Positions 8,973-20,581 of a DNA stretch of 64,000 nt are shown here, in pieces; positions within the stretch are counted from its first letter, which is position 1, and each line of letters starts with the position of its first letter. The stretch is from Guillardia theta CCMP2712 (lineage: Eukaryota; Protista; Cryptophyta). The position numbers and the translations under genes are program-made. A model generated the notes under the pieces. The model saw only the letters and a program-made list of their open reading frames with translations, made no database searches and was not told the origin of the DNA. Location of the stretch: positions 80,276 to 144,275 of the forward strand of contig NW_005434559.1 in NCBI RefSeq assembly GCF_000315625.1, in the 5' to 3' direction.

Positions 8973-11087
8973 TCACAAGATATCAATGCTCGCTACATCT
9001 GCCTGCTTCCCCTCCTGCCCCTTCTTCCATCCGTACTCCTTTAGCGCTCCGCAGTGTTTGATTGGGTCGATCCGAAAATCCTGAAGCCTTTCTGGCGGGA
9101 CGATGAACACTACTTTGACTTTCCATCCCTTGGTTGGAATGTTGAGCTTCTTGAGAGCTTTTGCCAAGGGAGAGAGCTTGAATGAGTGCGATGATGAAAC
9201 TGTCACCATCACAAACTCGACCAACTTCGCACGCACGTCCACAATGATAGCATCAAAGCCTGGTTGAAACACGCTAATTGGTTTCAAGCATGTTCTATCT
9301 TTAAGAAGATCATTTATGACTCCCATCGTGTCCAACAGAAACACTGGACATCCTTCCCATCGTGACTCGTGCTTGCGATAGGTCAGGGTCAGCCCTTGCT
9401 TCACCTTCTTGAAGAATAAAAGCTCGAAAAGGTAGCCCCGCAAGCTCGGATTGCACTCCCCATCCAACAGCCTCTTCAAAACGTCCACTTTCGCTTCGTC
9501 CGCAAGCCTCGTGGCGACGTACTTGCTGACAGGCATCCAGCACGCTTGTCCGTCATGCATGTACCTCGCAGTCAAGTGATTTACAGCATGCGGCGAAGAG
9601 TCGCCGACGTTACCCTGGAACAGAAGTTCTAGGTTTCGACATGATGAAATAGCCACTTCCAGCCTCTCAACCACCACCGCTGCTGTCTTCTCAAACATGT
9701 ACCGACACGAGCCACCAGCCAGGTAATACTTCGACATAATCTGCTCTTCTTTCGTACCATTCCGCTTCTGTATCCTCATACCATTGTGCACTGCACTGTC
9801 ATGCAACGATAGCATGGGCTTAACTCTCATGTAAAAATCGTCACACTTCACTGCATCCAGGTACTCACCAGCCGTCCATGATACAACGGTGTGCCGCCTC
9901 AGATTTACGACGTTTTCGTGCTTATCCCGTACCTTTCCCCCACATGACATCGACGTCACAACTACTACCCGCCGATTCTCTCTATCACCTAGGAGCCATC
10001 TCGTACACGCTCGATAGCAGTGGACATGATGTGATTCGTGCCTCAAGTAGCCGTCGATGATGACAAGACGCTTCTCGCTGTCCGGCCATTCTTGTAGTAT
10101 TTCATTGGTCCATTTCAGCGTGCATTCCACTGGTATCGTGCACGACCTTCTCTTACTGCCTACGATCTGAATGCACTCAATCAAGTCAACTGAATCGAGC
10201 TGGAAGAAAGTTATGCTCCACTTCTTCATGCAAAGCGATAAACAGAAGGCTAGCGTCGTCGTCGTCTTCCCAGTCCCCGGGGGACCTTGAATCCAGCCCA
10301 ATGCCCGATTGTCCACTACCTTGTCTTTCAAGAAACGCTGCTGCACGTGGAAGGATTCCCGGCAGTAAAGGAGTATCTCTCCGTCTCCTTGCAAGTATGA
10401 TGCATCGAGACGAAAGTACTTCTTGCCATGGCAAAAGCCTATCCGGTCCAGTCCTGCCTCTGACTCGATCCAAATAACCCTAGGCTTACTAGATACCCCG
10501 CTCTGTCTCTGGAGATGAAGCCTTTCTTTGTTAAGCTCCTTCAACCTATCTCCAAGCTGTATCTCTCGCTCTCCAAGGTGTTTCTCTCTGTCTCCAAGCT
10601 GCTTCACTCTGTCTCCAAGCTGCTTCACTCTGTCTCCAAGCCTTTCATATACCTTGACATGGACCGCCTTCATCATTGAGTCCTGTTCGTGATCGATATT
10701 TTTCAGCACCTCCTTCATCTCTCGTTGTACCTTCTTGATCTCTCGTTGTACGCCTGGAGCTACCTGTTTGATATCTCGTTGTACCTCCTTCATCTTTTGT
10801 TGTACTTCTTTGATCTCTTGTTGTACTTCCTCTAGCTGTTGCTCGACCTGATCGGTCCTAGTCTTTGATCCTCCATATCCTCCTCTCGTGCGCTTGACCA
10901 GACCATCAGTCCAGCCCAAGAGAGCACCAGCTGAATATTTTGCCGTGCTGGGACATGAAGAGACCCACTTCGAGCTGGAAGACACGGAGGAGCAAGGCGA
11001 TGGGCTAGGAGAAAGTAGCCTCCCGACGCTCATCGTCGTCCGCGCGAGCGCCAGCAACAGCACGGCAGCACGCGCCGCATTTGGCAT
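8973..11087 (-). CDS. Crinkler/RHS-type (CR) protein: signal peptide, coiled coil, P-loop NTPase and C-terminal restriction-endonuclease-fold domain; 704 aa, intronless
   Basis: Hydrophobic leader MPNAARAAVLLLALA; heptad repeats (LGDRVKQ)n; Walker A GPPGTGKT; Walker B LVIIDG; YYLAGGSCRYMF motif typical of CR-NTPases; C-terminal RGYLFELLFF...QPGFDAIIVD...VEFVMVTVSSSH PD-(D/E)xK-like pattern. Confidence 0.8.
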   Translation of the reverse strand: MPNAARAAVLLLALARTTMSVGRLLSPSPSPCSSVSSSSKWVSSCPSTAKYSAGALLGWTDGLVKRTRGGYGGSKTRTDQVEQQLEEVQQEIKEVQQKMKEVQRDIKQVAPGVQREIKKVQREMKEVLKNIDHEQDSMMKAVHVKVYERLGDRVKQLGDRVKQLGDREKHLGEREIQLGDRLKELNKERLHLQRQSGVSSKPRVIWIESEAGLDRIGFCHGKKYFRLDASYLQGDGEILLYCRESFHVQQRFLKDKVVDNRALGWIQGPPGTGKTTTTLAFCLSLCMKKWSITFFQLDSVDLIECIQIVGSKRRSCTIPVECTLKWTNEILQEWPDSEKRLVIIDGYLRHESHHVHCYRACTRWLLGDRENRRVVVVTSMSCGGKVRDKHENVVNLRRHTVVSWTAGEYLDAVKCDDFYMRVKPMLSLHDSAVHNGMRIQKRNGTKEEQIMSKYYLAGGSCRYMFEKTAAVVVERLEVAISSCRNLELLFQGNVGDSSPHAVNHLTARYMHDGQACWMPVSKYVATRLADEAKVDVLKRLLDGECNPSLRGYLFELLFFKKVKQGLTLTYRKHESRWEGCPVFLLDTMGVINDLLKDRTCLKPISVFQPGFDAIIVDVRAKLVEFVMVTVSSSHSFKLSPLAKALKKLNIPTKGWKVKVVFIVPPERLQDFRIDPIKHCGALKEYGWKKGQEGKQADVASIDIL

Positions 11088-11105
11088 CTGCGACTCTGGT
11101 TTTAC

Positions 11106-11792
11106 TCAAGAAAACGTAAACGGAATGAGAGATGAACATAGGAAGGGTGTGTGAAGTGTATGAAATTTTCATGGTGTTTCAAAGCCGGCGGAATGCTCCT
11201 AACTAGTAGTAACTGCTCCTATGCTGATCTGGCCGGGCGGCATTACTTGCTCCCCTTTCGCGGGACCTACGGAGGTTAGAGAGTCCTATATGATTGAGTA
11301 AATATTTACTCAAGTTTTCCTAATTGGGACTCAGCGAAAATGCTGCTCTGGCATCACCATGGCATGTAGATAACAAGATGCTCAGTCATTGCATCACGTC
11401 ATGTACTGGAACTTGGAAGGTGACATTTGTTTGGATGATATCTGTAATATACTTATGATACTTGTGTCTTCAATACAAGATCGCGAGCTCAGTGTAAAGC
11501 CTGAATTCCCTACTTTGCAAGTAACTTCAACACTCAGTGATGATACATTATGTACTTTCAATACGGTCACCGTAGCATACAACAGCCTGACATACATTCT
11601 TTATGGCCATGATTGATCTGATCAGTGAAAAGGTTCGAAAGGGGAGCAAGTAATGCCGCCCGGCCAGATCAGCATAGGAGCAGTTAGGAGCATTCCGCCG
11701 GCTCGAGATTTTGCTTTTTAACACCATGAAAATTTCATTCATTTCACACACCCTTCCTATGCTAATCTCTCATTCCGTTTACGTTTTCTTGA
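11106..11792. repeat. Inverted repeat with ~155-bp arms (11106-11260 and 11636-11792) around a ~375-bp spacer; foldback/MITE-like
   Basis: tcaagaaaacgtaaacggaatgaga...gcattacttgctcccctttcg is mirrored by cgaaaggggagcaagtaatgc...tctcattccgtttacgttttcttga, with a few substitutions and indels. Confidence 0.92.
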
Positions 11793-11939
11793 AGCTGACT
11801 GCGATATCCATGCGGCCTGCTTCGAAGGCCTCATGAGGTCAGATACAGTCATCCATGATAACTCAAGAATCGTCCCTCTATCGCATCCAGTCCTCTCAAT
11901 CTTGTGACTCGCTCGTATTCTTCCATCAAGACATTCAGT

Positions 11940-12470
11940 ATAGTACTTTGAGTACAGAGTACGGTCAGCCGCGACGGACCGTACTACAGTCCGACTCGGA
12001 CCGTCGGACCGTCACACTGAGCCGGCCCGGCTTTGTGTACCGTACCGTGTACCCGTACCGCCGGGGGCCGGGCTACGGTACCCGGCCGTCACCGCCGGAC
12101 GGTACGGTACCGTCGCCGGACGGTACCGTCCGGTAGCCGTAGCCGGCGCGGCCGCGGCCGCCGCGCCGCAGCGGCCTGGGCTTCGGAAGTTCCGAGCCGC
12201 CGGGGCCCAATGGGCGGTACTAACCTGAGTCACGAGTCTTTGAGTTCCGGGGGGCCCTCCGGGCACCGGGTGCCGCCCCTGACTCAGTCACGTCACAGGG
12301 GCCGGCCGCGCAGCGGCAGGGCGCCGCGGCGGCGGCGGCGGCGGCCCGGGCCTGCCGCGGTAGCAGTGCGGCACACCGTGGCACTGACTCGGAACCTGCC
12401 AGGCTGCAGTGCGGAGCCTCTGGCGGAGCCCAGGGCCGGGCGGAGCAGAGGGCGGAGCCTGTCTTGAGGG
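11940..12470. other. CpG- and palindrome-rich GC island between divergent genes
   Basis: Same CCGG/GTAC/GAGTC vocabulary as 5880-6475. Confidence 0.7.
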
Positions 12471-13057
12471 GGGAGGAAGCGGGGACGAGGGGCCTTTGGG
12501 AAGTTCCACGCCAATTCAAAAACTGAGGACTGGAAACGACGCCGGAGCAATGAGGAGAGAGGAGAGGAAAAGAGCAAGAGGAGGAGGAAACTACAAACAA
12601 GGAGGAAAAGATGGTTCAGAAGAGAACGATGATGATCAGGTGAAGGCATGTTGTTGAAGTCAAGGGTGCTAGCGATGCAGGTGACATGTCCGCAACGATT
12701 CCATGTTTGCGGTTGAGCCAGCGGATGGCAGGCAGCGAGGGAGAAAGTTCAAAGAGGAGCCATGCATGGCCGAGATGCAAGAGCATAGATCAAGTAGATG
12801 GAAGAGATAAGGGGAAAGAGAGAGAGAGAATGCGGAGACGGATATGAAAATCTGCTACGGTATCATGACATGGAGGATCTAGTTGCGTTTCCCTCTTGTC
12901 TCTCTCAATGACAAGAGAAAGAGTCTCGACAAGTCGGAGCATGTAGTGTCTTGCGCTTTTCTTGTTGAACTGACTCTTGCTCCCTCAGCAGGATCTCCTC
13001 ACCTTATCCCCTTGTATGCGAGCCCTTGTTTGTATCTCGACTTAGCGAATAGAAGCC

Positions 13058-14460
13058 ATGAATCGAGGATACGCTCCTACAGGGCTTCCCTTCCCGCCGT
13101 CCTCCTCTCCCTCCTCGTACTCCTACCGTCACCCTCCCTATCCTCACCCCCCCTCCTCTTCCTACGCTTACCCTCCCTTCCCTGTGCCTCCCGCAATGCA
13201 GCAACCGGCAGCTTGGCAGCATCCTCATCCCCTGGGATACGAAGAGAGGAGGAAGGAGGTGGAGGAAGGAATGGAGCCACAAAAGAGCGCTCCCTTCATC
13301 ATCCACTACCACCTGGGCACCGAGAGCGCTCCCGCTGCCCGTGAAGCAGCGCACAAGGACGACCTGAGTGCAGAGGAGGTTGCGGAGATCAGCAGGAGGA
13401 TGGACGAAGTTGAAGGAGAGCTGAGGTGAGGACGGAGGAGCTTGCGGTTGCCGTCAGGTGAGGATGGGATGGTGCAGATCGCTCTTGCGCGAGGAGCAGG
13501 AGGATGAAGAGAAGATTGCCAAGGTGAGTGATGGACCATTCTTTCCCTCCCTTTCTTCGCCTTCTGCCACTTCTCACTTCCTCTTCTCTCCCCTCCCCTC
13601 CCCACTTCTTTCGCTCTTTGGCTGCTCTTCTTGTTCCTTCCCGGCCTCACAAGTTGATATTCAGCAAGTCAGCGAGGCCCTCGCCATCGCTGAGCAGCTT
13701 CGAAACGGTAAAAACTCAGAGAACGGGAGGAGGATGAGAGGGCGGGGGGGAGATGTGTAAGGAAGAGGAGGGGGAGCGGGAGCGGGAGCCGGACTTCACT
13801 GACTGTCCGTAGGAGTGGAGGCGTTGACAGGTTCCCTGAAGCAACTCAGCAGCAAGAGACAGCAGGAGCATGATACTGGAGCGTCAAGCAAGACCCAGCC
13901 TTTACCAGGTGCCCCTTCCTCTCCTTTCTCCCGGCTCTGTCCTCCTGCGCATCCTCTCAGTATCTCCATCTCTCCTCTCCTCCCTCCCTCCCTCCCTCCC
14001 TCCCTCCCTCCCTCCCTCCCTCCCTCTTCAGTCTAGCTCCTTGCTCCTCTCTCTGTGCTGATCCAGGTTGCCAGCACCACCCAACGGCATCATCCTCGAC
14101 GGAGTGTTCTACCCTGACGTCCTTCCAAGTTTCGCTCCGCCCTCCCTGGCGCCTCCCATGCTGCCTCCTCGAGCTGTTTCGCTCCCCCCTGCTGCTGAGC
14201 CGCCCCTGAGGCAGCACCTTCCTCCTCTCAGCTACGGCCTGCGCCTCTGGCTGGACCGAGTCACCTCGGACAAGCCCTTCGGAGGTGAGGAAGGGACGGG
14301 AACGATGAGGGCTGGGTGTTGGCTGAGGAAGAGGAGGATCTGAAGGGTTTCAGGTGTGGAGATGCCAGCAGATCGACATCCTGCTGGGGTTGAGGAGAGA
14401 AGGTTTCACCAGGTGAGAGGAGGAGGAGGAGGAGGAGGAGGAGACTTCTTGACTGGCTAA
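13058..14460 (+). CDS. Hypothetical proline-rich multi-exon protein; 3' end uncertain
   Basis: ATG at 13058 (MNRGYAPTGLPF...), GT-AG flanked coding-like segments (EEVAEISRRMDEVEGELR; IQQVSEALAIAEQLR; PNGIILDGVFYPD). No known domain seen. Confidence 0.5.
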
Positions 14461-14671
14461 TCAGCCACCGGGCCCGATGCTGTATCGACGAGCGACGCCA
14501 TGATGGCAAGAGGAAGGAGAGGAGAGAGAGAGAGGGGTTTGATTATGATAATGAAGTAGACGAAGATGAGAGGAGATGAAGAGGAGGGGAGGGGCATGCT
14601 CTTTTCTCTTTGATCATAATCTCACAATCTTGCTGGTTACTGAGCCCTCCGCTCCTCAACGCTTTCTCCTC

Positions 14672-16819
14672 TCACTTGCGAAGATGAGCAGCAGTGGAGA
14701 GGACAGAGGACGAGGCTCCTCCAGACACCACCATGTGAGCCTGTCCTGTCTTGGCCTGCAGGTTGTGAACTTTCTTCATCTGCTCCACGCTCGCCTCCCC
14801 AGAGTTCATCTTCTTCATCTTCATCTCCTCCTCGAACTGCCTCTTCCTCTTCTCCGTCTTCTTGGCCCCCGGTTTCTTCCCGTGGAAGTGATGGTTCAGC
14901 TGCCTCCAGGCCTCCTTGATCGTCATGGGCCTTCCAAACTCGTCCAGGCGCGTGATCACGATCTCCTTCTTCTCCTTGTCCTTCACTCCCATCTGCTTCA
15001 GCTGCTCTCCGTGCACCTTGTCAGCCCAGTGCGGCGTGCTCTCATCCGGCCGCTCGTCTCGCGTCCTGCCAGCCAACTGCTCTTTCTTCATCCCCTTCTC
15101 CCTCATGATCTTGAGGGCTTCCGAGACCGACCGAGACGCCAGCGCCTCGTTGTCCAGCGCTCCTCCGGCCGTCATCCTCTCCTGCTTCACCTTCACCGCC
15201 GCCTCCTGCTCCTCCTTGTACGCAGCACCATCGTCCTCCATCTCCTCATCCTCTGCCTCCATCTTGATGTCGATATCAACCTCCTTGCTCTTCCATGTCC
15301 CTCCCTTGTCCTGCTTGGATGATGTCAAGTCAGTCTCCTCCGTCTCGTGCACGTAGTTCTTCGCGTTCTTCAGCGCGTTCCTGTTCGGCTTCACGTCCTG
15401 GCCCTGCAGGTTGCGGCAGAACTCTGTCGTGATGCTGAAAACCATGTCGTTGCCTTTCTCCTCCTCCTCCGCCTCCTCTTTGATCTGTACGTGACCTTGC
15501 AGCAGGTTCTTCGCATCCAACGCCTGCATCTTCTTCTTGTCGTGGATCGCCTTTCTTGCCCTCGCCAGCGACAGCGTCAGGTCCTTGTCGTCCTCCTCGA
15601 GGAAATTATCCTCGTCGATCTCCATGTCCCCAGCCTTGTACGCCTCATCCTGTGCTCGCATCGCCTCGGAGGCTTCTGTTGCTCTCCGCATCGCTCGCTC
15701 GAAGCCTTCGGCTCGCTTCCTCTTCTCCTCCTGCTCGTCTCTCTCTCGTTTCGTCTGGTTGCCTTCGCTTCGGGATCCCTTGTCCCCACCGTCCTCGATG
15801 GGCTTGAGATCGAGCTTCTCCTTCGGCTTCCTTCTCAGCTTTCTCACCTTTCCTGACGACTTCTTGAACTTCTCCTCCTCCACTGTCGCGAAGTCTGACG
15901 CGAACTTGTACTCCGAAGTCAGGCTCTCGAGCTTCTTGCCTGCTGCTGCTGCTTGCAGCTTCGCCCTGACTGTCGCCTGCTGCTCTGCCTTCACCCTGTC
16001 GAAGCTTCCATCCTCTCCCAACCGCATTCCTTTCTTCTCCTCGCCTCCTACCCTCGACCCATCGTACTCAAAGTCGTCATACTGGGAAAGGATCTTCTTC
16101 TCAGCTGGAGCCGAGCTGACAAACTCAGTCTCATCCGTCGCATCGTACTTCTTCTTCCGCAATGCTCGCTCTTTAGCCTTCTGAGTTTTCTGGAACTCGG
16201 ACAGGTTGACGTTCTCCAGCTCGTCCTCCTCTTCGTTGATCTCAGCCGACCGAAACCCCCTCCCCTCCCGCAGCACGCGAGAGTCTGCTAGGGTAAGGAT
16301 AGTCTCCTCTCCCGCCTGGAAGTCGTCAAACTCGTGCGCGAGCTTCATCCCGGCCAGCTGCTTCGAGTTGTACTTGGAGTCCTCCTTGCTCAGCTCTTCC
16401 GCCATGTCGTCTTGCTCCTCCAGCTGTCTGGCTAGACGCGCCTTAACGTCTACTTCCTTCTTCCTGCTCCTCTGCACCCACTTGGCAGCGTTGTCAAGGT
16501 CATCCTCATCGTCGCTCGCCTCCCCGAGGCCCTTCTTTGCCATGACCTTGGATGCAACTATCCTCGCGTTCTTCATCTCTGCTATCTTCTCCTGCAGCTC
16601 TTTGGACTTCTTCTTCTCTTCCTCCTCCTGCATCATCTCCATGTAGCTGATGGGCCGCTTGCTCGACCCGAGCTTCTCCTCGACTTCCTTCCCCTCTCCC
16701 TCAGTTTGCACGTCCAACGGCTTCAGTCCAAGCTGAGCACGAAGAGCATTCGTTTGCTCGATCGAGAGCGAGAGCTCCCCGTTGTTGTCCGTAGACATCA
16801 CCTTTGAATCCTCCGACAT
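14672..16819 (-). CDS. SART1: U4/U6.U5 tri-snRNP-associated protein 1 (SART-1/Snu66), about 715 aa, single coding exon
   Basis: HIND motif LSLSIEQTNALRAQLGLKPL, central ETILTLADSRVL...DELENV, C-terminal DEFGRPMTIKEAWRQLNHHFHGKKPG. Confidence 0.95.
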   Translation of the reverse strand: MSEDSKVMSTDNNGELSLSIEQTNALRAQLGLKPLDVQTEGEGKEVEEKLGSSKRPISYMEMMQEEEEKKKSKELQEKIAEMKNARIVASKVMAKKGLGEASDDEDDLDNAAKWVQRSRKKEVDVKARLARQLEEQDDMAEELSKEDSKYNSKQLAGMKLAHEFDDFQAGEETILTLADSRVLREGRGFRSAEINEEEDELENVNLSEFQKTQKAKERALRKKKYDATDETEFVSSAPAEKKILSQYDDFEYDGSRVGGEEKKGMRLGEDGSFDRVKAEQQATVRAKLQAAAAGKKLESLTSEYKFASDFATVEEEKFKKSSGKVRKLRRKPKEKLDLKPIEDGGDKGSRSEGNQTKRERDEQEEKRKRAEGFERAMRRATEASEAMRAQDEAYKAGDMEIDEDNFLEEDDKDLTLSLARARKAIHDKKKMQALDAKNLLQGHVQIKEEAEEEEKGNDMVFSITTEFCRNLQGQDVKPNRNALKNAKNYVHETEETDLTSSKQDKGGTWKSKEVDIDIKMEAEDEEMEDDGAAYKEEQEAAVKVKQERMTAGGALDNEALASRSVSEALKIMREKGMKKEQLAGRTRDERPDESTPHWADKVHGEQLKQMGVKDKEKKEIVITRLDEFGRPMTIKEAWRQLNHHFHGKKPGAKKTEKRKRQFEEEMKMKKMNSGEASVEQMKKVHNLQAKTGQAHMVVSGGASSSVLSTAAHLRK

Positions 16820-17589
16820 CTTGGTCAATCCCTGCAAAACAAAATTAGCACGGAGAGAGAACTCCTCGCGAATCGTTGGATTGTGGTGAATGGAAATTCT
16901 TTCCCTGCAGGCCGCTTGTCTTCTTGTCTATTCATACCGTAATCTCACTTCTCATTCGATCAACAATTGGCATTCATTCTCCAATGTCTAACCACTGCGA
17001 TCCTCCCGAATTCGAAAATCTATGCGCCATGTTCACAACGCTTTCCCCTTGCTACAAATTACGACAGATTACATTACATCATACCATTGTCATTTCAAAG
17101 TTCATCTCAAGAGTTTTTGCTATGTTACAGGTGTCATCTCTGAAAAGATAAGTTCGATCTCAAACCCTGCTTCATTCCCTTCTCCGTACTCCCATCTGCC
17201 TTGTTCTTCTCTCCTTCCTCTTACACCAACACGAAGTTACTCTCCCTTCTCGCTCTTCCTCCTGATCACCTCCTCCTCCTCCTCCTCCTCCTCCTCCTCC
17301 TCCTCCTTCCGTTCCCTTCCCCTTGTATGCTTTGATACCATCCCGCGCCTCTCCCGCAGCCACCTAACCCCCACATAATCCAGCACCATTGTACCCCCAC
17401 CCCTCAAGACTGCTTGCAGATTCGAAATGCTCTATGTAAGCCCGCATTATTCAATGCAAAAACTAACAAAATATGATAATCGACTTTCCAAGGCGGTAAA
17501 AAATATTGAGTACCGGTACTTATATCACCCCCACCACCCTCGATGCATCTCCCACGCGCCCATGAATATTAACTAATGTTTTATGGGAT

Positions 17590-18080
17590 CCCACATCCCC
17601 TCTCATAGTACTGATGATCAGTGATCCCGGCCTGGACTGATCCCGGCGGGCAGGATCCCGGCGGCTGGCCCACGGCTGGATCCGACACGGCATCCGACAG
17701 TGGTGGTCCCGGGGCCCGGCCGCACGCGGCCGCCGATCCCGCCGGACGTTGTCGGAGACGGCTAAGTTGAGTGCTGTTCAAGTGTCCCCTACCTTGGGTA
17801 CCGGGCTCGGAACTTCCGGGACTCTCATCGGGCCGGAGTTCCAATCTGAGGTGAGCTCTCACTTTTCCGACAGTTTCAACTCAACGACGATTCTCAGCCC
17901 GTCACTGAGAGTTTGAATCTGTTAGTCAGACTCCGATTGTGACCGCAGTGCAGCACGGAGGCTGCCAACATCGTGATGATACGCTCGGCTCACTGTCAGT
18001 CCACAGCCCCGCCGCTCGGCTCGGCGCTGCGGCTTCTGCCGCTACCGTGAGTAGGCTGCCAACCGTTGAACTTAGGACAT
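17590..18080. other. CpG- and palindrome-rich GC island upstream of SART1
   Basis: CCGG/GATCC/CTGAG-rich, preceded by ACCCC-rich DNA at about 17365-17600. Confidence 0.6.
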
Positions 18081-18289
18081 AGTGAGCCTAGAGCGACGAG
18101 TTGGCGTGAATGAAGTCACGGATGTTCCAGGGGGCACCCTCGCGGCACCTTCCTCCCTTATCTTACTCCTCTATCTCTCTTCATCGCTGGGCCGCTCGTC
18201 AGGCATCGGAAGTTTCGTCTTCGAGTCTACACTTGGATCAATCAGTGTAGACTCCAACTACAGTTCCCGCAGACTCCGGGGCAATTGAG

Positions 18290-20250
18290 GTGAAATGGAA
18301 TACATTTTTGTCATGAAGAAGTTAAGGAGAAAAATCAGAACACAGGCGCATCTGCACCAAGTCGCAGGATGATGTTTCCTTTGAACTTGAAATACAAGTA
18401 CTTGACAACTACAGTACGTCGCCGGTGCAACTGACTCGTGACGATTGAGAGTCTCGACTAGTATTTCGCCATATGAACGATTTTCGATATTTCGCCATGA
18501 TCATGGAAGTCAGTTCGTTGTTTCCTGATTAACTTTGTGAATTGCTTCGAACAAACATCCCAGCGGCCATACTCCAAGGTTCAGTAATAGCCTACGTCGC
18601 TGTTTGTTACTCTCAAATGGCATAATTAGAGAATACAAGGACAGATAATCGATGGAGAAATAATTTCCCTCTGTTATGCATTATTTGGTTTGTCAGGAGC
18701 AAACAGCATACTGAGAACAATCGCGATCTATCATCCGAGGCTTCCATCGCCATGGGGACGAATACTCTGGTCATGAACTTCAATAAGATCTCAAGGAAAT
18801 CTGACTATAGTCGGGATGAGAATCGAAGAGTGTATTGCTTTACACATCGTCCTCTTCCTCGATACGTTCTGCGTTCAAGAAACGAAGAGGAAATATTGAA
18901 AAGAATTTTCGGAGAATCACAGATTTCTGAGCTGCTTGACAACGTCAATCCATGGCTCTGTTCACTGTTTTGGACCAAGTGAAGGGAATTAGTGAGGTCG
19001 AACAATCCAAATGCATTCAAAGCGTGTCGAATATCCTTGTGAACAACATCAGAATGCACAGGCAAAAACCGAACTTGAGGGACGAGTCGGTCTATTGCAT
19101 GTTTCAGGTTGCTGCGCATCAGCCTATCTCTCACTTGCCCATCTCCAAGGGTTTTGCACATTTGAATGTGTGGAAAGGAACGAGACCATCCCGAGGCAGT
19201 AGAGATTCTATCGTTGGAATTACCGCAGACGAGCTGGGATTGAACATGCGTAGTTTGTGCGGGAGGAGGACGACCTCTTTCCGGACTGTCAGCGCTTCAG
19301 GTCTTACAGCAGATCCATGAAGAGGCAGCAATTGGGAGTGATCCTGTGAGCATGGATGCGTACCAGCGAGACGGCAATCTGCTGGAGTCGTTTGGGGCAT
19401 CGGTCATGATGATCAGTAGCTGGTCTCCTCCTCAGGATCTTCTTATCAACATCGCGTTTCATTATGGGAATAAGCATGAGCAGAGAACTGTCGACCAGAT
19501 TCTTGCTTCGGTGACAAGCAACGATAGCTTCCAGGAGATCCTGATGTCCTGTATGTCCAACCTGATTCCTGTGCGAGTTGAAGAGCAGAATCACAGACTT
19601 GCTGCAGTCTTGAGCTTCTACACTCGGGAGAAGGACAGAAACAGAAGAGATGGTACCTTCGCGGGACCTCTTCGTGCAAGTATAGCAAGCAGGACGCGAA
19701 CCAGAGGAGGAGCGGAGATGAAGAACAGGAAACATCCCGTTTATTCAAGTCAACTTTCAGACATCATCTCACGTCTCGTGCCTAAGAATCTGGGTGTTAG
19801 TCTATGCATGGTACCGAAGATCGCAGAAGGCGCTCTTGAAGGTTGCATCGAAGCAACCGGCTGCAAGACAGTGTAGAGTGGCTGTTGTTGCATCTCAAGG
19901 TTGTGACAGGCTGGACGGCCTCTTCGATTCAGACTGATGCAAGAGAACTCAAGGCGAAGAAGGAATGGAGGATCAAGACATTGCACTGGTCAAGAGAAGA
20001 GTGCTCATGGTTGTGGAGGTTGGAGCTGAAACCCAACGTTTTTGCCGCCTAAGAATGGGCTGCCAATAGAAAAGTACTTTGAATAAATGAGAGAATCACC
20101 CGGCAGATAACCATTTGCCACCATTCGCATCAATACAACATCATGCGTTCACCATGGAACTACATGGAATAAGACATGTTTAGATGATGTCAGCATTTCC
20201 AACACAAGCGGACTGAACAAGCTTGTTGAATATGATTTCCTCGTTCTCTG
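18290..20250 (+). CDS. Probable multi-exon hypothetical protein gene or decayed gene; boundaries uncertain
   Basis: Consecutive plus-strand ORF pieces 18752-18982, 18952-19320, 19346-19876 and 19843-20052 with protein-like composition; no domain recognised. Confidence 0.35.
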
Positions 20251-20581
20251 TGCATCCACGAGTCTTCATCTGGATTGTTGTGCATGTGGGATTGAATGAT
20301 CAGCTACTTTGAGCAATTTCTGACGAAACCAGCGACTAAGAAAGCCTCGGGGGTACTGCAGCGAAGTTCTTCGTGAATCTAGACCCTTGCATCTTGGACC
20401 ACGTTGGTCACCATCGGGAGAGGAACGACGAAGTCAGTCGAGTCGACACTGCTCTTGCAGATCTATGTGAGCCAAGACAACTGCCTCAGTGTGCAAATAG
20501 ACTCGTTTGTGTGTGACCGTGCGTGCACAATTAAGAACAAACTCATTGCCGATTTACAATACATCTTTCATACTGATCTAC

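Noticed and set aside
12012-12649. Arg/Pro/Gly/Ala-rich ORFs in the GC islands (also 5829-6458 and 46572-47227)
   Set aside because: Stop codons are scarce at this GC content; no domains or codon pattern.
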